Shown piece after piece: positions 20,750 through 30,926 of a stretch of 64,000 bases of DNA (position 1 is the stretch's first letter; every line of letters starts with the position of its first letter). Source of the stretch: Candidatus Dormiibacterota bacterium (GTDB taxonomy: Bacteria > Chloroflexota > Dormibacteria > Aeolococcales > Aeolococcaceae); the NCBI GenBank assembly GCA_963754015.1, contig CAVWEG010000009.1, positions 46,083 through 110,082 on the forward strand, given 5' to 3'. The notes beneath the pieces were generated by a model that saw only the letters and a program-made list of their open reading frames with translations, made no database searches and had not been told where the DNA came from. The translations under genes and the position numbers were made by a program.

Positions 20750-21703
20750 TCAGCCCGCGCGCTGGAATGCGCGGAGGTCGCCGAGGGTAAAGCGTCGCTT
20801 CGCCGGCAGGCCGTCGCGGATTGAGGACGGCGAAAACGGCGTTCTCGGAAGGAGGTCGTCCGGGAGCCGATCGGGTGCGAGCACTGGTTCAACGACCCCT
20901 TCGGCGAGGATGCGCACTTGCGCCGTCGACACCAGCGGCACGACCATCGCGCGCTCGGCGACCCATGCGAGAACGCGGTGGAGCGCGATCGGGGCGGGAA
21001 GGCATCGAGGCGCGCGACCTATCTCGGTTGCGACACGATCCACCACTTGCGCGAGCGTCAGCTCATCAGGTCCGAGCACAGGGACGGTCACGCCATCCAA
21101 CCGCGCGTCGTACGTGGACGCGACGAGGATGCGGGCGACGTCTGCGACCGCCAGCGGGCGCAGCATGCGGCGCGCGCCGAATCCGACGAGCAGGAAGACC
21201 GGGAAACTTGTGACCGACCTACTGAGGTGGTCGATGAGGTGATCACCGTCGCCGTAGATGACACCGGCCTTGAGGATCGTGTACGCAAGTCCCGAGCGCC
21301 GGAGGAGTTCCTCGGCCGCCCATTTGGATTCGTGATATGCGGAGCCGCACGCGGGACGTGCGCGCAGAAAGCTCACGAGCGCGATGCGCTGCACCCCGGC
21401 CGCTTGAGCGGCGCGGACGACCGCGGCAGTGCCGCGCACATGCACAGCGGCGTACGTCTGCGAACCGCGCTCGAGGTTGATGCCGGCGCAGTGGATGATG
21501 GCATCACACCCGGCGAACGCACGTGTCAGGGCGGCTTCATCACCAATATCCGCTGCGACCCAAGTGGCATGGGCGCCGGTCGGAATTGCCACGAGGTTCG
21601 GGCGGCGCGCGATGAGGACGACGTCGTCTCCGTTGGCGAGCGACGCACGCGCCGTATGGCTTCCAACGAAGCCACTCGCACCCGTGATCGCAACCCTGGT
21701 CAC
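20750..21703 (-). CDS. NAD-dependent epimerase/dehydratase (NDUFA9-like atypical SDR)
   Basis: TGASGFVG, HCAGI and YHESK motifs; GTGA overlap with the TetR stop. Confidence 0.85.
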   Translation of the reverse strand: MTRVAITGASGFVGSHTARASLANGDDVVLIARRPNLVAIPTGAHATWVAADIGDEAALTRAFAGCDAIIHCAGINLERGSQTYAAVHVRGTAAVVRAAQAAGVQRIALVSFLRARPACGSAYHESKWAAEELLRRSGLAYTILKAGVIYGDGDHLIDHLSRSVTSFPVFLLVGFGARRMLRPLAVADVARILVASTYDARLDGVTVPVLGPDELTLAQVVDRVATEIGRAPRCLPAPIALHRVLAWVAERAMVVPLVSTAQVRILAEGVVEPVLAPDRLPDDLLPRTPFSPSSIRDGLPAKRRFTLGDLRAFQRAG

Positions 21704-22479
21704 TCGATGGACACCGAGGTCGCAGGGCGTCGACGTGCCGGAGCACGCTTGCCGAGGAGTTGATCGATCCATGGTGCAGCCTCAACGAGCGTGGTCATGA
21801 GCGCGCTCGAGCCAGTGCTGTCGCCGCCACGCATCCGCGCGACGATCTCGAGGCCCATGTAGAGCGCAATCACCGCCGAGCCGATCACCGAGGGGTCGAT
21901 GAGCCCAGCGAGCGGGGAGCCGGCGAGAATGCGTGTCGCCAGCTCCTCGGCAAACGTCATCCACGCTTGCATGCGAGCGAGGATCTCGATCCCCAGTTCG
22001 TGGTCGAATGCCATCGCACCGACAATCTCCTGCACGGCAGTGAGTTGCCCCAACTGAAGGTCCTCCGCGTAGAGCTCCTGCATGGCGACGCCGAGGTGCT
22101 GCAGGCTCGGGACATCCGCAAGGCGCGTCTCGTATCGGGCGAGGCGCTCGCCGCTGACGCGATCGAGGACCGCAAGCAGCAGCGCGTCGACGCTGCCGAA
22201 ATGATAGAAGACAAGCGCGGGGCTGAAACTCCCGGTGGCAGCGATTGCACGCACCGACGTGTTCGCGTAGCCGCTGTTGATCAGGGTCTGAATCGCGGCG
22301 TCGACGATCCGCGCGCGCATCAGATCGCCGGCCTCGTTTCGGCGCTGGCGTTGGCGCTTGGCGGGAACAGGTCGTCCGTTGCTCAAGCGCCTCGTCGGTG
22401 GCGCTCCTGGCCGACCAGGTCGGCGCCTGTTGCCGGTCGGCTTCGCTGAGACGATATCCTGATCGCTTGACTTGACCAC
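21700..22479 (-). CDS. TetR-family transcriptional regulator
   Basis: SVRAIA..SPALVFYHFGS HTH; TAGACT lies 6 nt upstream of the GTG. Confidence 0.88.
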   Translation of the reverse strand: MVKSSDQDIVSAKPTGNRRRPGRPGAPPTRRLSNGRPVPAKRQRQRRNEAGDLMRARIVDAAIQTLINSGYANTSVRAIAATGSFSPALVFYHFGSVDALLLAVLDRVSGERLARYETRLADVPSLQHLGVAMQELYAEDLQLGQLTAVQEIVGAMAFDHELGIEILARMQAWMTFAEELATRILAGSPLAGLIDPSVIGSAVIALYMGLEIVARMRGGDSTGSSALMTTLVEAAPWIDQLLGKRAPARRRPATSVSIE

Positions 22480-22533
22480 TCGATCAGTCTATCGTCGCTA
22501 TCAAGACATGTCAAGAGAAGGGGGGTTCACGAA

Positions 22534-23079
22534 ATGCCGATCACGGCCCGCGCGTACATCGGGCGCTTACTCGGGGCCGCCGCAGTATCGATCGCAGCCG
22601 TCCTGACGTTCTTCGCCGCCTACGTGCTGACCCTCGGGCTGGCGACGCTCAGCATTCAGGGCCTGGTGTACTCGCTCGCGTACTGCGTGCTGTGCTTGCC
22701 TGCACTCCCGCTCTTCCTATTGGGGCGACGCGTATGGAGAAAGGCTGGCGAATCAATGAGTTGCGTTCGTGATCCAGCACTGCCAGCGCTGAGCGACACT
22801 ACGGCTCATGTCCGATCTACGGGAGGGGAGTTGGGCGCGTCGCGCGCTAACACGCGCTGTCCCGTGCTTGCATTCGTCGCCGAGAACATTCCGACGCGCG
22901 GTAATGGCGATCGCGGTTGTGACGTCGCTAACCGCTGTGGGGTGCGCAGGCACTCAAGCGGTCGTTTCTGTGGGCTCGCCCGTCGCCGTGTCGCAGGCGA
23001 ACGGAGTCCCACCGGTGCTCGTAGGCTCCATCGGAACGCCGCCGGCCCGTTGCTGCGCCGCGATTGGCTTCGATCCTGA
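22534..23079 (+). CDS. Small two-TM membrane protein (3' part of the ORF doubtful)
   Basis: First ~72 aa are two hydrophobic helices after a purine-rich SD; the rest overlaps the next gene and looks non-coding. Confidence 0.35.
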   Translation: MPITARAYIGRLLGAAAVSIAAVLTFFAAYVLTLGLATLSIQGLVYSLAYCVLCLPALPLFLLGRRVWRKAGESMSCVRDPALPALSDTTAHVRSTGGELGASRANTRCPVLAFVAENIPTRGNGDRGCDVANRCGVRRHSSGRFCGLARRRVAGERSPTGARRLHRNAAGPLLRRDWLRS

Positions 23080-24124
23080 AACACAACAGGTGCTCATGTT
23101 CGGCGGACTCGGTGTCACGGGTACGCGCGGCGATACCTGGGTCTGGAACGGCTCGTACTGGATGCGTCCGCGTCTTTCAGTTGCGCCGGTCACGCGCTCC
23201 GATGCGTCGATGATCTTCGACCCGAAGCTTCACGCGCTCGTGATGGTCGGGGGACGATCCAACGCAACCGGTCCAGAGGTGCAGCCGGATCTCAATGCAA
23301 CATGGCTCTGGACTGGCACAGGGTGGGAGCGTCGCACCACCGCGCATTTCCCGACGATCAAGTTCACGAACGGCGCTTTTCTCGACGGCCCACTCGGGTA
23401 CAACTCGGCGACCGGTCGGGTTGTCATGGTGACGACGCAGGGCTATATCCATTTCGAGGCTTGCTCTACGCAGACGTGGACGTTCGACGGCACTGACTGG
23501 CGCTTGGAGCAACCGGCGACCGAGCTACCGGCAGCGGTTGCGGCGGTCATTGATGAGCCGCAGAGCGGTCACGTGCTCGCTGTGCTCGGGCCGAGGGCAG
23601 GCGTCGTCCCTGTGGGCTTCCTCGGGACTGACTGTCTGGCGGGGAGCGCGGCGGGTCGCGCGTTGCCGACGTCCAGTACATGGCGATGGAGCGGATCAAC
23701 GTGGAGCCAGGTGGCTGCTGCGACCGAACCCGGCGGCGCCAGTCTCGGTGGCACGCTGACAAGCAACGCGGTCGGGCTGGACCCCGTTGCCGGCACGGCG
23801 ATGGTCGCGCTCGAGAGCGACGAATCGCTCTGGTCGTGGAATGGCACTCGCTGGATGGAGGCACCCGGTTCCAGCGCGAACGGACCACCACTCATGAGGA
23901 CAAACAGCCTGCTCAGCTTCGATGCGCGTGGTGACGTGATGCTCTTCGGCGGCGTCACGCAACCAAATGGTCCGCAGAATTTCGATACGTGGGTCTGGAA
24001 TGGCGCGCACTGGCGGAGCGTCGTCACGGCGGCAACACCGGCGCCGACCCCCGTACCACCTCGCCAGACTCAGGACCCGCGGTTCGCCACTCCGGCATCG
24101 ATTCCAAGTCCGACTGCGTCCTAG
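22808..24124 (+). CDS. Kelch-like beta-propeller lipoprotein
   Basis: AVGC lipobox; repeats LMFGG...DTWVWNG..W. Confidence 0.75.
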   Translation: MSDLREGSWARRALTRAVPCLHSSPRTFRRAVMAIAVVTSLTAVGCAGTQAVVSVGSPVAVSQANGVPPVLVGSIGTPPARCCAAIGFDPETQQVLMFGGLGVTGTRGDTWVWNGSYWMRPRLSVAPVTRSDASMIFDPKLHALVMVGGRSNATGPEVQPDLNATWLWTGTGWERRTTAHFPTIKFTNGAFLDGPLGYNSATGRVVMVTTQGYIHFEACSTQTWTFDGTDWRLEQPATELPAAVAAVIDEPQSGHVLAVLGPRAGVVPVGFLGTDCLAGSAAGRALPTSSTWRWSGSTWSQVAAATEPGGASLGGTLTSNAVGLDPVAGTAMVALESDESLWSWNGTRWMEAPGSSANGPPLMRTNSLLSFDARGDVMLFGGVTQPNGPQNFDTWVWNGAHWRSVVTAATPAPTPVPPRQTQDPRFATPASIPSPTAS

Positions 24125-24154
24125 CGGACTTCGTGTCGGTGGGGTCGGCCTGGC

Positions 24155-24928
24155 TTACGGGGTGTGGTCGTTGAAGTCCACGCAAAGATCAGGGTTCGGC
24201 GGCACGACAGCGAGCTCTGTGTCGCTCGGCGGGCAGTACGTCGTCGACCCGTTCAGGACTTCGTCGATCCGTCCATCGTGAGCGCCGCTGCAGCTGGCGC
24301 TGATGATCTCGGTGTCGCCGGTTGGCGTCGTGACGCAGTCACCCGCCTGGAAGCTGGACGTCGTGGTCTGCGCGCTCCCGCCGTTGTTGATCTGACTCGT
24401 GTAGACCCAGAGGCCCGCTGCCAAGCTGATCACCGCGACCGGGACGAGCACTCGGACGACCTGTGCTGTCCTGCTCACGCGCGTGCCACGGAATGCGGGA
24501 GTTGCCGGCGGTGGCGGCGGTGCAGCTGATTGCGTCGCGACCTGGATGCCGCCGAAACCATCCGAGATCGCAGGCGGATCTGCCGCGAGCAAAGGCGGTA
24601 TGGGTTGGGCGCCGGGGACGCCACTCTCCTGGAGGCGGCGCGTGTACTCAGTTCCGTTGATTGCGTTCGTCGTGTACAGCTCGGTGAGCTGGATCAGCGA
24701 CTTCGCCTGCTTGAGCTCCGCGCCGGCGAGACGAACGCCGCGGTTGCACGTCGGACACAGCAGCATGTGCTGGCGCTCGTAGGGGATGACCGGGATGAAG
24801 AACAGTGTCAGCCAACGTCGTACGGTGACCAGGTAGAACCAGCCTATGTTGCTGCAATGCGGGCAGCGCTGAAACAGGACGGCTCCGGCGCGGTGGAATG
24901 TGCGTCGCCCCCAACCGAAGATGATCAC
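24155..24928 (-). CDS. Zinc-ribbon (zinc_ribbon_15-like) membrane protein
   Basis: IIFGWG, CPHC, WLTLFFIPVIPY and CPTC; TM helix, then a Cys-rich GDC..SC..HD domain; SD GGGAGGG. Confidence 0.75.
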   Translation of the reverse strand: MIIFGWGRRTFHRAGAVLFQRCPHCSNIGWFYLVTVRRWLTLFFIPVIPYERQHMLLCPTCNRGVRLAGAELKQAKSLIQLTELYTTNAINGTEYTRRLQESGVPGAQPIPPLLAADPPAISDGFGGIQVATQSAAPPPPPATPAFRGTRVSRTAQVVRVLVPVAVISLAAGLWVYTSQINNGGSAQTTTSSFQAGDCVTTPTGDTEIISASCSGAHDGRIDEVLNGSTTYCPPSDTELAVVPPNPDLCVDFNDHTP

Positions 24929-25181
24929 TGTTGCCCTCCCAGAAAGATGCGGCGGTGACCCGCTTGCATCAAGACCCTCCCAGCGGCCGAACGATCCGAC
25001 GCTGCGGATCGCTGACCGTCCGCACCAACGTAGCAATGCGCGGCACGCGACGCAAGGATCCTCGTCAGCGGTTACAGGGCTGAAATGCTCGGGGCCGCAG
25101 ATCTGACATTTCGTCGCAATCGCGGGACTGTCGACTGTTGATTGTCAACGCTCTTTGGACGGTTGGACGCACAACAGCGAC

Positions 25182-25856
25182 TCAGTGCGGGACGGCAATC
25201 GTTGTGGCGATGAACACGAAGTACACAGCGCTCGCCGCGATGACGAGGATGTGGAACACCTCATGGAAGCCAAACACTTTCGGCCACAACTTCGGCCATC
25301 GCAAAGCGTAGACGATCGCGCCCGCTGAATACAGCGCGCCGCCGACACCCAGCACGATGAGACCGCTGCCGTGGATCCGATCAGCGAGCGCGGGCAGGAA
25401 GAACACGACCGTCCATCCCACCGCGATGTAGAGCGCCACCACGGCCCACCGCGGGAGCGGGATGCCGGTTGTGGCGACGATGACACCTGCGGCCGCCAGC
25501 ACCCAGATGACTGTCAGCAACACGATCGACTGCCAGCCGCGCAAAACGTTGACCACCACGGGGGTGTACGTGCCGGCGATGGCGAGAAAGATCGTCGCGT
25601 GGTCGAGTCGGCCCCATACCCGGCGTGCTTTCATCGACCACGGCCCGCGGTGGTACGAGGCACTCACGGCGAAGAGAAGCACGAGACAAAGCCCATACAC
25701 CGCAAGGGAGATATGCCGTGCGATATCACCACCGCTGATGACGACCAGCGTGATCGCACCGGCGAGCGCGACGGGAACGGACACGAGATGGCTCCAACCA
25801 CGCAACATCGGACGTGGGGCGGGAACTGTCGCGGGTGCGGTCGTAGTCGTTGTCAT
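25182..25856 (-). CDS. PAQR / hemolysin III family membrane protein
   Basis: RGWSH, SASYH, DHATIFLAIAGTYTP and HEVFH motifs. Confidence 0.92.
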   Translation of the reverse strand: MTTTTTAPATVPAPRPMLRGWSHLVSVPVALAGAITLVVISGGDIARHISLAVYGLCLVLLFAVSASYHRGPWSMKARRVWGRLDHATIFLAIAGTYTPVVVNVLRGWQSIVLLTVIWVLAAAGVIVATTGIPLPRWAVVALYIAVGWTVVFFLPALADRIHGSGLIVLGVGGALYSAGAIVYALRWPKLWPKVFGFHEVFHILVIAASAVYFVFIATTIAVPH

Positions 25857-28087
25857 CAGGCTGCGGGCGCGATCTCCTGGAGCTCAGGATTCCGCCGGCG
25901 CAACCAGGCGGGTGCCCACCAGTTCGCGCGCCCGAGCAGGCGCATGAGCGCGGGGACGACGAGTGCGCGGACGAGTGTCGCATCGACGATCACGGCGACT
26001 GCCATCCCCACGCCAATTGCCTTGATGGTCACCACGCTCGCGAGCGCGAACGCGAGGAAGACGCATGCCATGATCGCCGCGGCTCCGGTGACGAGGCGTC
26101 CGCTGCGCTCGAGGCCGTCTGCGACTGACGTGCGGTTGTCGCCCGTTCGATACCACGCCTCCTGCATGCGGGTGAGGAGGAACACCTCGTAGTCCATCGA
26201 CAGGCCGAAGACGACACAGAAGAGCAGTACAGGGATCGTCGGGTCGAGCGGTCCGGCGGTGAAGCCGAGGATGTTCGAGAGGTGCCCCTGATCGAAGATC
26301 CACACCAGCGCGCCGAATGCCGCGCTCAACGACAGCGCGTTCATCAGGACCGCTTTGAACGGGAGGACGACCGAGCGCAACAATACGGTGAGCACGATGA
26401 GCGTCGTGATGAGCACGAAGCCGATCGCCAGCGGTGTGTGGTCGATCATGTAGTTGACGAGGTCGATATCGAAGGCCGTATCGCCCGTCACCTTTACGCT
26501 TGCGCCGGCAACGGAGTCGTCGGCACGGATCTGACGGACGAGCGCGTGCGCTTGATCGCTCGTGACGAAGTACGGGTTGGCGACGTCGAGCACCGCGATG
26601 CTCGATCCGGTGAGGTTGGTCAGCAGCGACTGCACTGTCGCGGGGAGCGCGGCTTTGGGCTGCGCGTACAGCGACTGATATCCGGCGAGCGTGAGCGTCG
26701 GATCGACAGTCACGTAGCTGCGAATTGAGGTCACTCCCTGCAGCGCTGAAAGGCGCTGGCTCAACGCATAGGCGGTGGCGACATTGGCGGGAGTCGTCGG
26801 GGCACCGTGGTCGAAGTCGACGACGACGGCGATCGTGTTGGTGCCCACTTGCGGGAACTGGCGCTGGATGAGGTCGGCGCCCTGGCGCGCCTCAGCGGTG
26901 GTCGGCAGCTGGTTGACGTCGCTGTTTGCGAGTTGCAGATCGAGAAACGGCGATCCGGCCACGAGCAGAATGGCAATCGTCGGAATGAGCACGAGCCACG
27001 GCCGGCGCATGACCCAGGTGGCGAGGCGGTGCCACGCTCCCTGCCCGAACGGCTTTGGTTGCAGGATCGGAATGCGCATGCTGTTGATGCGCCGGCCCAG
27101 GATCGCGAGCATCGCGGGGAGGAGCGTGACCCCGTAGAGCACCGAGATAGCGACGACGATGGCGCCCGCGACACCCATCGAGACGAGCGCCGTCCCCGTA
27201 TAGAAGAGCAATCCCGCGAGGCCGATGGCGACGGTGAGGCCGCTGAACAGGATCGCGCGACCGGCGGTGGCCATCGTGGTCGCGAGCGCGTCTTCCACGG
27301 TCTTCCCGTTGCCGAGCTCTTCTCGGAAACGCGTGACGATGAAGAGCGAATAGTCGATGGCGATGCCCAGACCGACAAGGGTCACGACGTTCACCGCATA
27401 CGTCGAGACGTCGAACACGTGCGCGAGCGCGAGCGCCGCGCCGACGCCACCGAGGACAGCGAAGACGCCGACACCGAGACACAACAGCGCAGCGACGCCG
27501 GTGGTGAAGACGATCACCAGCAGGATGAGCGCGAGCGGCAGCGACACTACCTCGGAGCGACGCAGATCGCTCGCCAGGTAGGTATCGAAGTCGTACGCCA
27601 GCGGCACGTCACCCGTCGCGGTGATGCTCAGCGCGTTGGAGTGCACCTCGCCGCGCACCTCCCCGTACTGCGCACGTGCCTCTGCGAAGTCGATGTGCAG
27701 ACCGACCTGTGCGAGCACGCTGTGCTTGTCGGTCGATACCAGCAGCGCCGCGGCAGCCGGGGACGACGTGGTGAATGGGGTGGCGAGCGCACTCACTCGG
27801 GAATCGTTGTGCAACGGCGCCAGCGCCGTGTTGACCGCCGACTCGAACTGCGGCTGACCGTATGTCAGTTGCGAGCTCGTGAGGATGAGCGTGAACGACG
27901 ACCCCGTTGTCGACGGCAATTGCGCGGACTCGAGGTTCGCGGCCTGCACGGACTCAACGTTGTAATCGCTCGCATTGATGGGTTGTCCGCCAGAGAGCAG
28001 TCCCACGATTGACAGCACAAAACACAAGAGAGACGCCACCAGCACCGCTTTGCGGCGGCGGTAGACGAACCGCCCCCATCGCCTCAC
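25856..28087 (-). CDS. MMPL family (RND) transporter
   Basis: GIAIDYSLFIVTRFREE, FGLSMDYEVFLL and ANWWAP motifs; GTG start at 28087. Confidence 0.92.
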   Translation of the reverse strand: MRRWGRFVYRRRKAVLVASLLCFVLSIVGLLSGGQPINASDYNVESVQAANLESAQLPSTTGSSFTLILTSSQLTYGQPQFESAVNTALAPLHNDSRVSALATPFTTSSPAAAALLVSTDKHSVLAQVGLHIDFAEARAQYGEVRGEVHSNALSITATGDVPLAYDFDTYLASDLRRSEVVSLPLALILLVIVFTTGVAALLCLGVGVFAVLGGVGAALALAHVFDVSTYAVNVVTLVGLGIAIDYSLFIVTRFREELGNGKTVEDALATTMATAGRAILFSGLTVAIGLAGLLFYTGTALVSMGVAGAIVVAISVLYGVTLLPAMLAILGRRINSMRIPILQPKPFGQGAWHRLATWVMRRPWLVLIPTIAILLVAGSPFLDLQLANSDVNQLPTTAEARQGADLIQRQFPQVGTNTIAVVVDFDHGAPTTPANVATAYALSQRLSALQGVTSIRSYVTVDPTLTLAGYQSLYAQPKAALPATVQSLLTNLTGSSIAVLDVANPYFVTSDQAHALVRQIRADDSVAGASVKVTGDTAFDIDLVNYMIDHTPLAIGFVLITTLIVLTVLLRSVVLPFKAVLMNALSLSAAFGALVWIFDQGHLSNILGFTAGPLDPTIPVLLFCVVFGLSMDYEVFLLTRMQEAWYRTGDNRTSVADGLERSGRLVTGAAAIMACVFLAFALASVVTIKAIGVGMAVAVIVDATLVRALVVPALMRLLGRANWWAPAWLRRRNPELQEIAPAA

Positions 28088-28166
28088 GGTGACACTCGCA
28101 GGATCACGTCTGCCGAGTATATCGACCGAGGCTTTGGACACCGCGTAGACTGCCGGACATTCCCCA

Positions 28167-29285
28167 ATGACAGGACAGGCCCAACCGCCGCACGCGGAGA
28201 TCAAGGCGATCTCGCACTTCGTGGCCGTGAGCAGCGAACGCCAGCCGGGTCGTCAGCTCGAGTTGATCCGCCAGGCCGCGCCCGCGTTTCGCGACTGGTT
28301 CAGCGGCACGGGCATGCCGGATTGGATCGGCACGTTCGACCTGGTGTCGCTGCCGTATCCGACTCGATTCGGGCTTTTCCGGGCTGCGATGACTCCGGCG
28401 CCATATCTGTCGCTCACGCATCGCCTCGTGGTGGTGCGCTGGCACGATTCGGATGGGCGTCAGCGGACGCTCCTCTTCGAGCCGACCGACGTGGAACTCG
28501 CGCGCCGGACGCCATATTTCGCGCGCCTCCGCGAGTCGATTCCGAACCTCCTCGAGCGCGCGTTTGTGCGGCCGCTCGGCGATGTGATCACGCATCTGCG
28601 CAGTGTCGGCATCGAGGCGAAGGACGTTGACTTCATCACGTTCGATCATCTGCACACGCAGGACGTCCGGCGCTGGATCGGCACGACCGAGCCGGCGCGT
28701 GATGTCGCGTCCGGCGGGCCCATACAACCGCTGCTGCCGAATGCGAAACTGATCGTGCAACGGGACGAGCTCAACTCCCTCAATGCGCTGCATCCGTTGC
28801 AGGTGCCGTGGTACCAGCCCCACACGTACAAGGCGCTCCGACAGGAAGCGATCACGGTGATCGACGGTGATGTGCTGCTGGGACCGGGTGTTGCGCTCCT
28901 GTCGACGCCGGGACACACCGCGGGGAATCAGTCGCTCGTCATCAATACCGAGACCGGCATCTGGGCGAGCAGCGAGAACGTCGTTGCGGCTGAATGTCTG
29001 ACGCCCGAGCACAGTCGCATCGCCGGCATGAGCCGCTACGCGCGCACATGGGGGCAGGAGGTCGTCCTCAACGCGAACACCCTCGAGGACACGGCACGGC
29101 AGTACAACTCGTGCGTGCTCGAGAAGCTGATCGTCGATCCGTCGCGAGCCGACTCACGGTTCCTCCAGTTCATGCCGTCGTCGGAGCTGACGAGCAATCC
29201 ATTCAGCCCCGGGACGTCACCGACGTTCACGCACTCGGGCATCTTCCACGGCACCCTGCGACCGTCGAGAATCAGTACGAGCTGA
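28167..29285 (+). CDS. Metallo-beta-lactamase-fold protein with a variant metal motif
   Basis: FDHLHTQD, TPGHTAG and SEN motifs. Confidence 0.7.
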   Translation: MTGQAQPPHAEIKAISHFVAVSSERQPGRQLELIRQAAPAFRDWFSGTGMPDWIGTFDLVSLPYPTRFGLFRAAMTPAPYLSLTHRLVVVRWHDSDGRQRTLLFEPTDVELARRTPYFARLRESIPNLLERAFVRPLGDVITHLRSVGIEAKDVDFITFDHLHTQDVRRWIGTTEPARDVASGGPIQPLLPNAKLIVQRDELNSLNALHPLQVPWYQPHTYKALRQEAITVIDGDVLLGPGVALLSTPGHTAGNQSLVINTETGIWASSENVVAAECLTPEHSRIAGMSRYARTWGQEVVLNANTLEDTARQYNSCVLEKLIVDPSRADSRFLQFMPSSELTSNPFSPGTSPTFTHSGIFHGTLRPSRISTS

Positions 29286-29287
29286 CG

Positions 29288-30886
29288 TTACGTACGCGAG
29301 GGTGCGAGCCAGACGATGCCGCCGTCGTTGTGCATGGCGATCCCCTCGTAGTGCAGCTGCGTGAGCAGCGCTGTCATCTGCGCGGGAAGGGGCTCCAGTT
29401 GCACGAGGACGGCGGGCGGATGCGCGGTGAGCTCGCTCACCAACAGCGGCAGCGCCTTGGGATCCAGGCTGAATGACGAGTTGAGCGATGTGTATCGCCC
29501 GGCGGGGAACCTTGCGCTGAGCGAGTAGGCCCACGGAACGCGTCCCCACACGAAGACACGATCGCCAGTACGGGCGTGTGCATCGATGGCGGCAGTTGTC
29601 GCGCGCACCAGTGCCGGTTGCGGGCCGAATCCGGCTTCGTATTTCGCCTGAGTCGTTACGCCGAGGATGCGTTCCCAGCCGCCGCCGAGGTAATGCGTGA
29701 CCACGTGTGGCGACACGATCGACGTCACGAACGTCGAAAGCTTCTGCTGCACGACAAACGATGCCTCGGCGGTCGGGGCAATGAGCGCGCCCACCGCGAC
29801 GAGCCATGCGATCACCGCGGTCGCCACGGAGAGCGCGAGCTCGCGCAGCGGCAACCGCTGCACCAGTTGCGCCGCGAGCAACGCCGCGCAGACGCAGAGC
29901 GCCGGTGTCATCTGCTGCACGTAATGTGCGAGGCCGAGCGCGCTGACCACGACGGCGGCGAGGCCCCACGTCAGCCACCATGCGGCGATGCTCGCGGGGA
30001 GATGGCGCCGTCGCGCCAGCCGCCAGGTGACGAGCGATCCGATCATGAGCACGAGGAGGATGCGTGTGGCGGTCATGAGAAGGAGCACGTGGCCGCTGCC
30101 TCCGCCGGGTGCAACGCCCGAGCCGCCGCCACCCGCCGCGGATTGCAGATAGGTCTCGTCCTGATGCGTCAGGACGTCGATAAGGCCGGGCAGTGATCCG
30201 CCGAGCGCGAGCGCGATTGCTGCGACGGCGATGAGGCCGAGCGCCCCCGCGGCGACCAGCGCCAGCGTCCGCAGCTCTGGTCGCGCCGGCCGCCGACCCG
30301 AGGCGATCGCGATGACCGCCGGGATCGTGGCCACTGCGACTGCATCAGCGCCAAACGTCGGCTTGCAGAGCATCGCGCCGCCAACGAGCACGCCCGCGCC
30401 GATGGCCGCGCGAACGCCCGGCCCCGACGGGCGCGCCACGAGGAGCACGGCACCGACGACGAGCATCGCGCCGATAACCTCGACGTAGAGGACGTCGCCC
30501 TCGAGTGTCGGCAACGCCGAAAGGATGATGAACGCGAACGTCGCAGCCCAGGCGACGGGCGTCGAGGCAAAGCGGCGGCAGAACACCCAGATGCCCCACG
30601 CGGTGAGCGCGACTGCTGCTGAGAGGACGAGGTGAAACGCGAAGACCGAGGTGTTGACGAGGTTGATGGCGGCGCCGAGCCAGTACACGCCGGGCGGGTA
30701 GTGACCCCAGACGTCGCGATAGAGGACGGCGCCGTGATCGAGCGCCCAGCCGATGTCGGAGTACGTCCCCTCATCGTTGAACGTCGGCGGCTCGACGAGG
30801 CTGGGCACGCGCAGGACGACGAACACCGCGGCGAGCGAGACGAACGCCAGCCACCCGCGGGTCGGGCGTGCCGGCGACCGCTCCAT
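29288..30886 (-). CDS. GT-C (ArnT/PMT-like) glycosyltransferase
   Basis: DEGTY, LYRDVWGHYPPG and KP motifs; many TM helices. Confidence 0.75.
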   Translation of the reverse strand: MERSPARPTRGWLAFVSLAAVFVVLRVPSLVEPPTFNDEGTYSDIGWALDHGAVLYRDVWGHYPPGVYWLGAAINLVNTSVFAFHLVLSAAVALTAWGIWVFCRRFASTPVAWAATFAFIILSALPTLEGDVLYVEVIGAMLVVGAVLLVARPSGPGVRAAIGAGVLVGGAMLCKPTFGADAVAVATIPAVIAIASGRRPARPELRTLALVAAGALGLIAVAAIALALGGSLPGLIDVLTHQDETYLQSAAGGGGSGVAPGGGSGHVLLLMTATRILLVLMIGSLVTWRLARRRHLPASIAAWWLTWGLAAVVVSALGLAHYVQQMTPALCVCAALLAAQLVQRLPLRELALSVATAVIAWLVAVGALIAPTAEASFVVQQKLSTFVTSIVSPHVVTHYLGGGWERILGVTTQAKYEAGFGPQPALVRATTAAIDAHARTGDRVFVWGRVPWAYSLSARFPAGRYTSLNSSFSLDPKALPLLVSELTAHPPAVLVQLEPLPAQMTALLTQLHYEGIAMHNDGGIVWLAPSRT

Positions 30887-30926
30887 GTGGCGCGATGGTA
30901 GCGACGAACTTCACTACGATGTGCCC

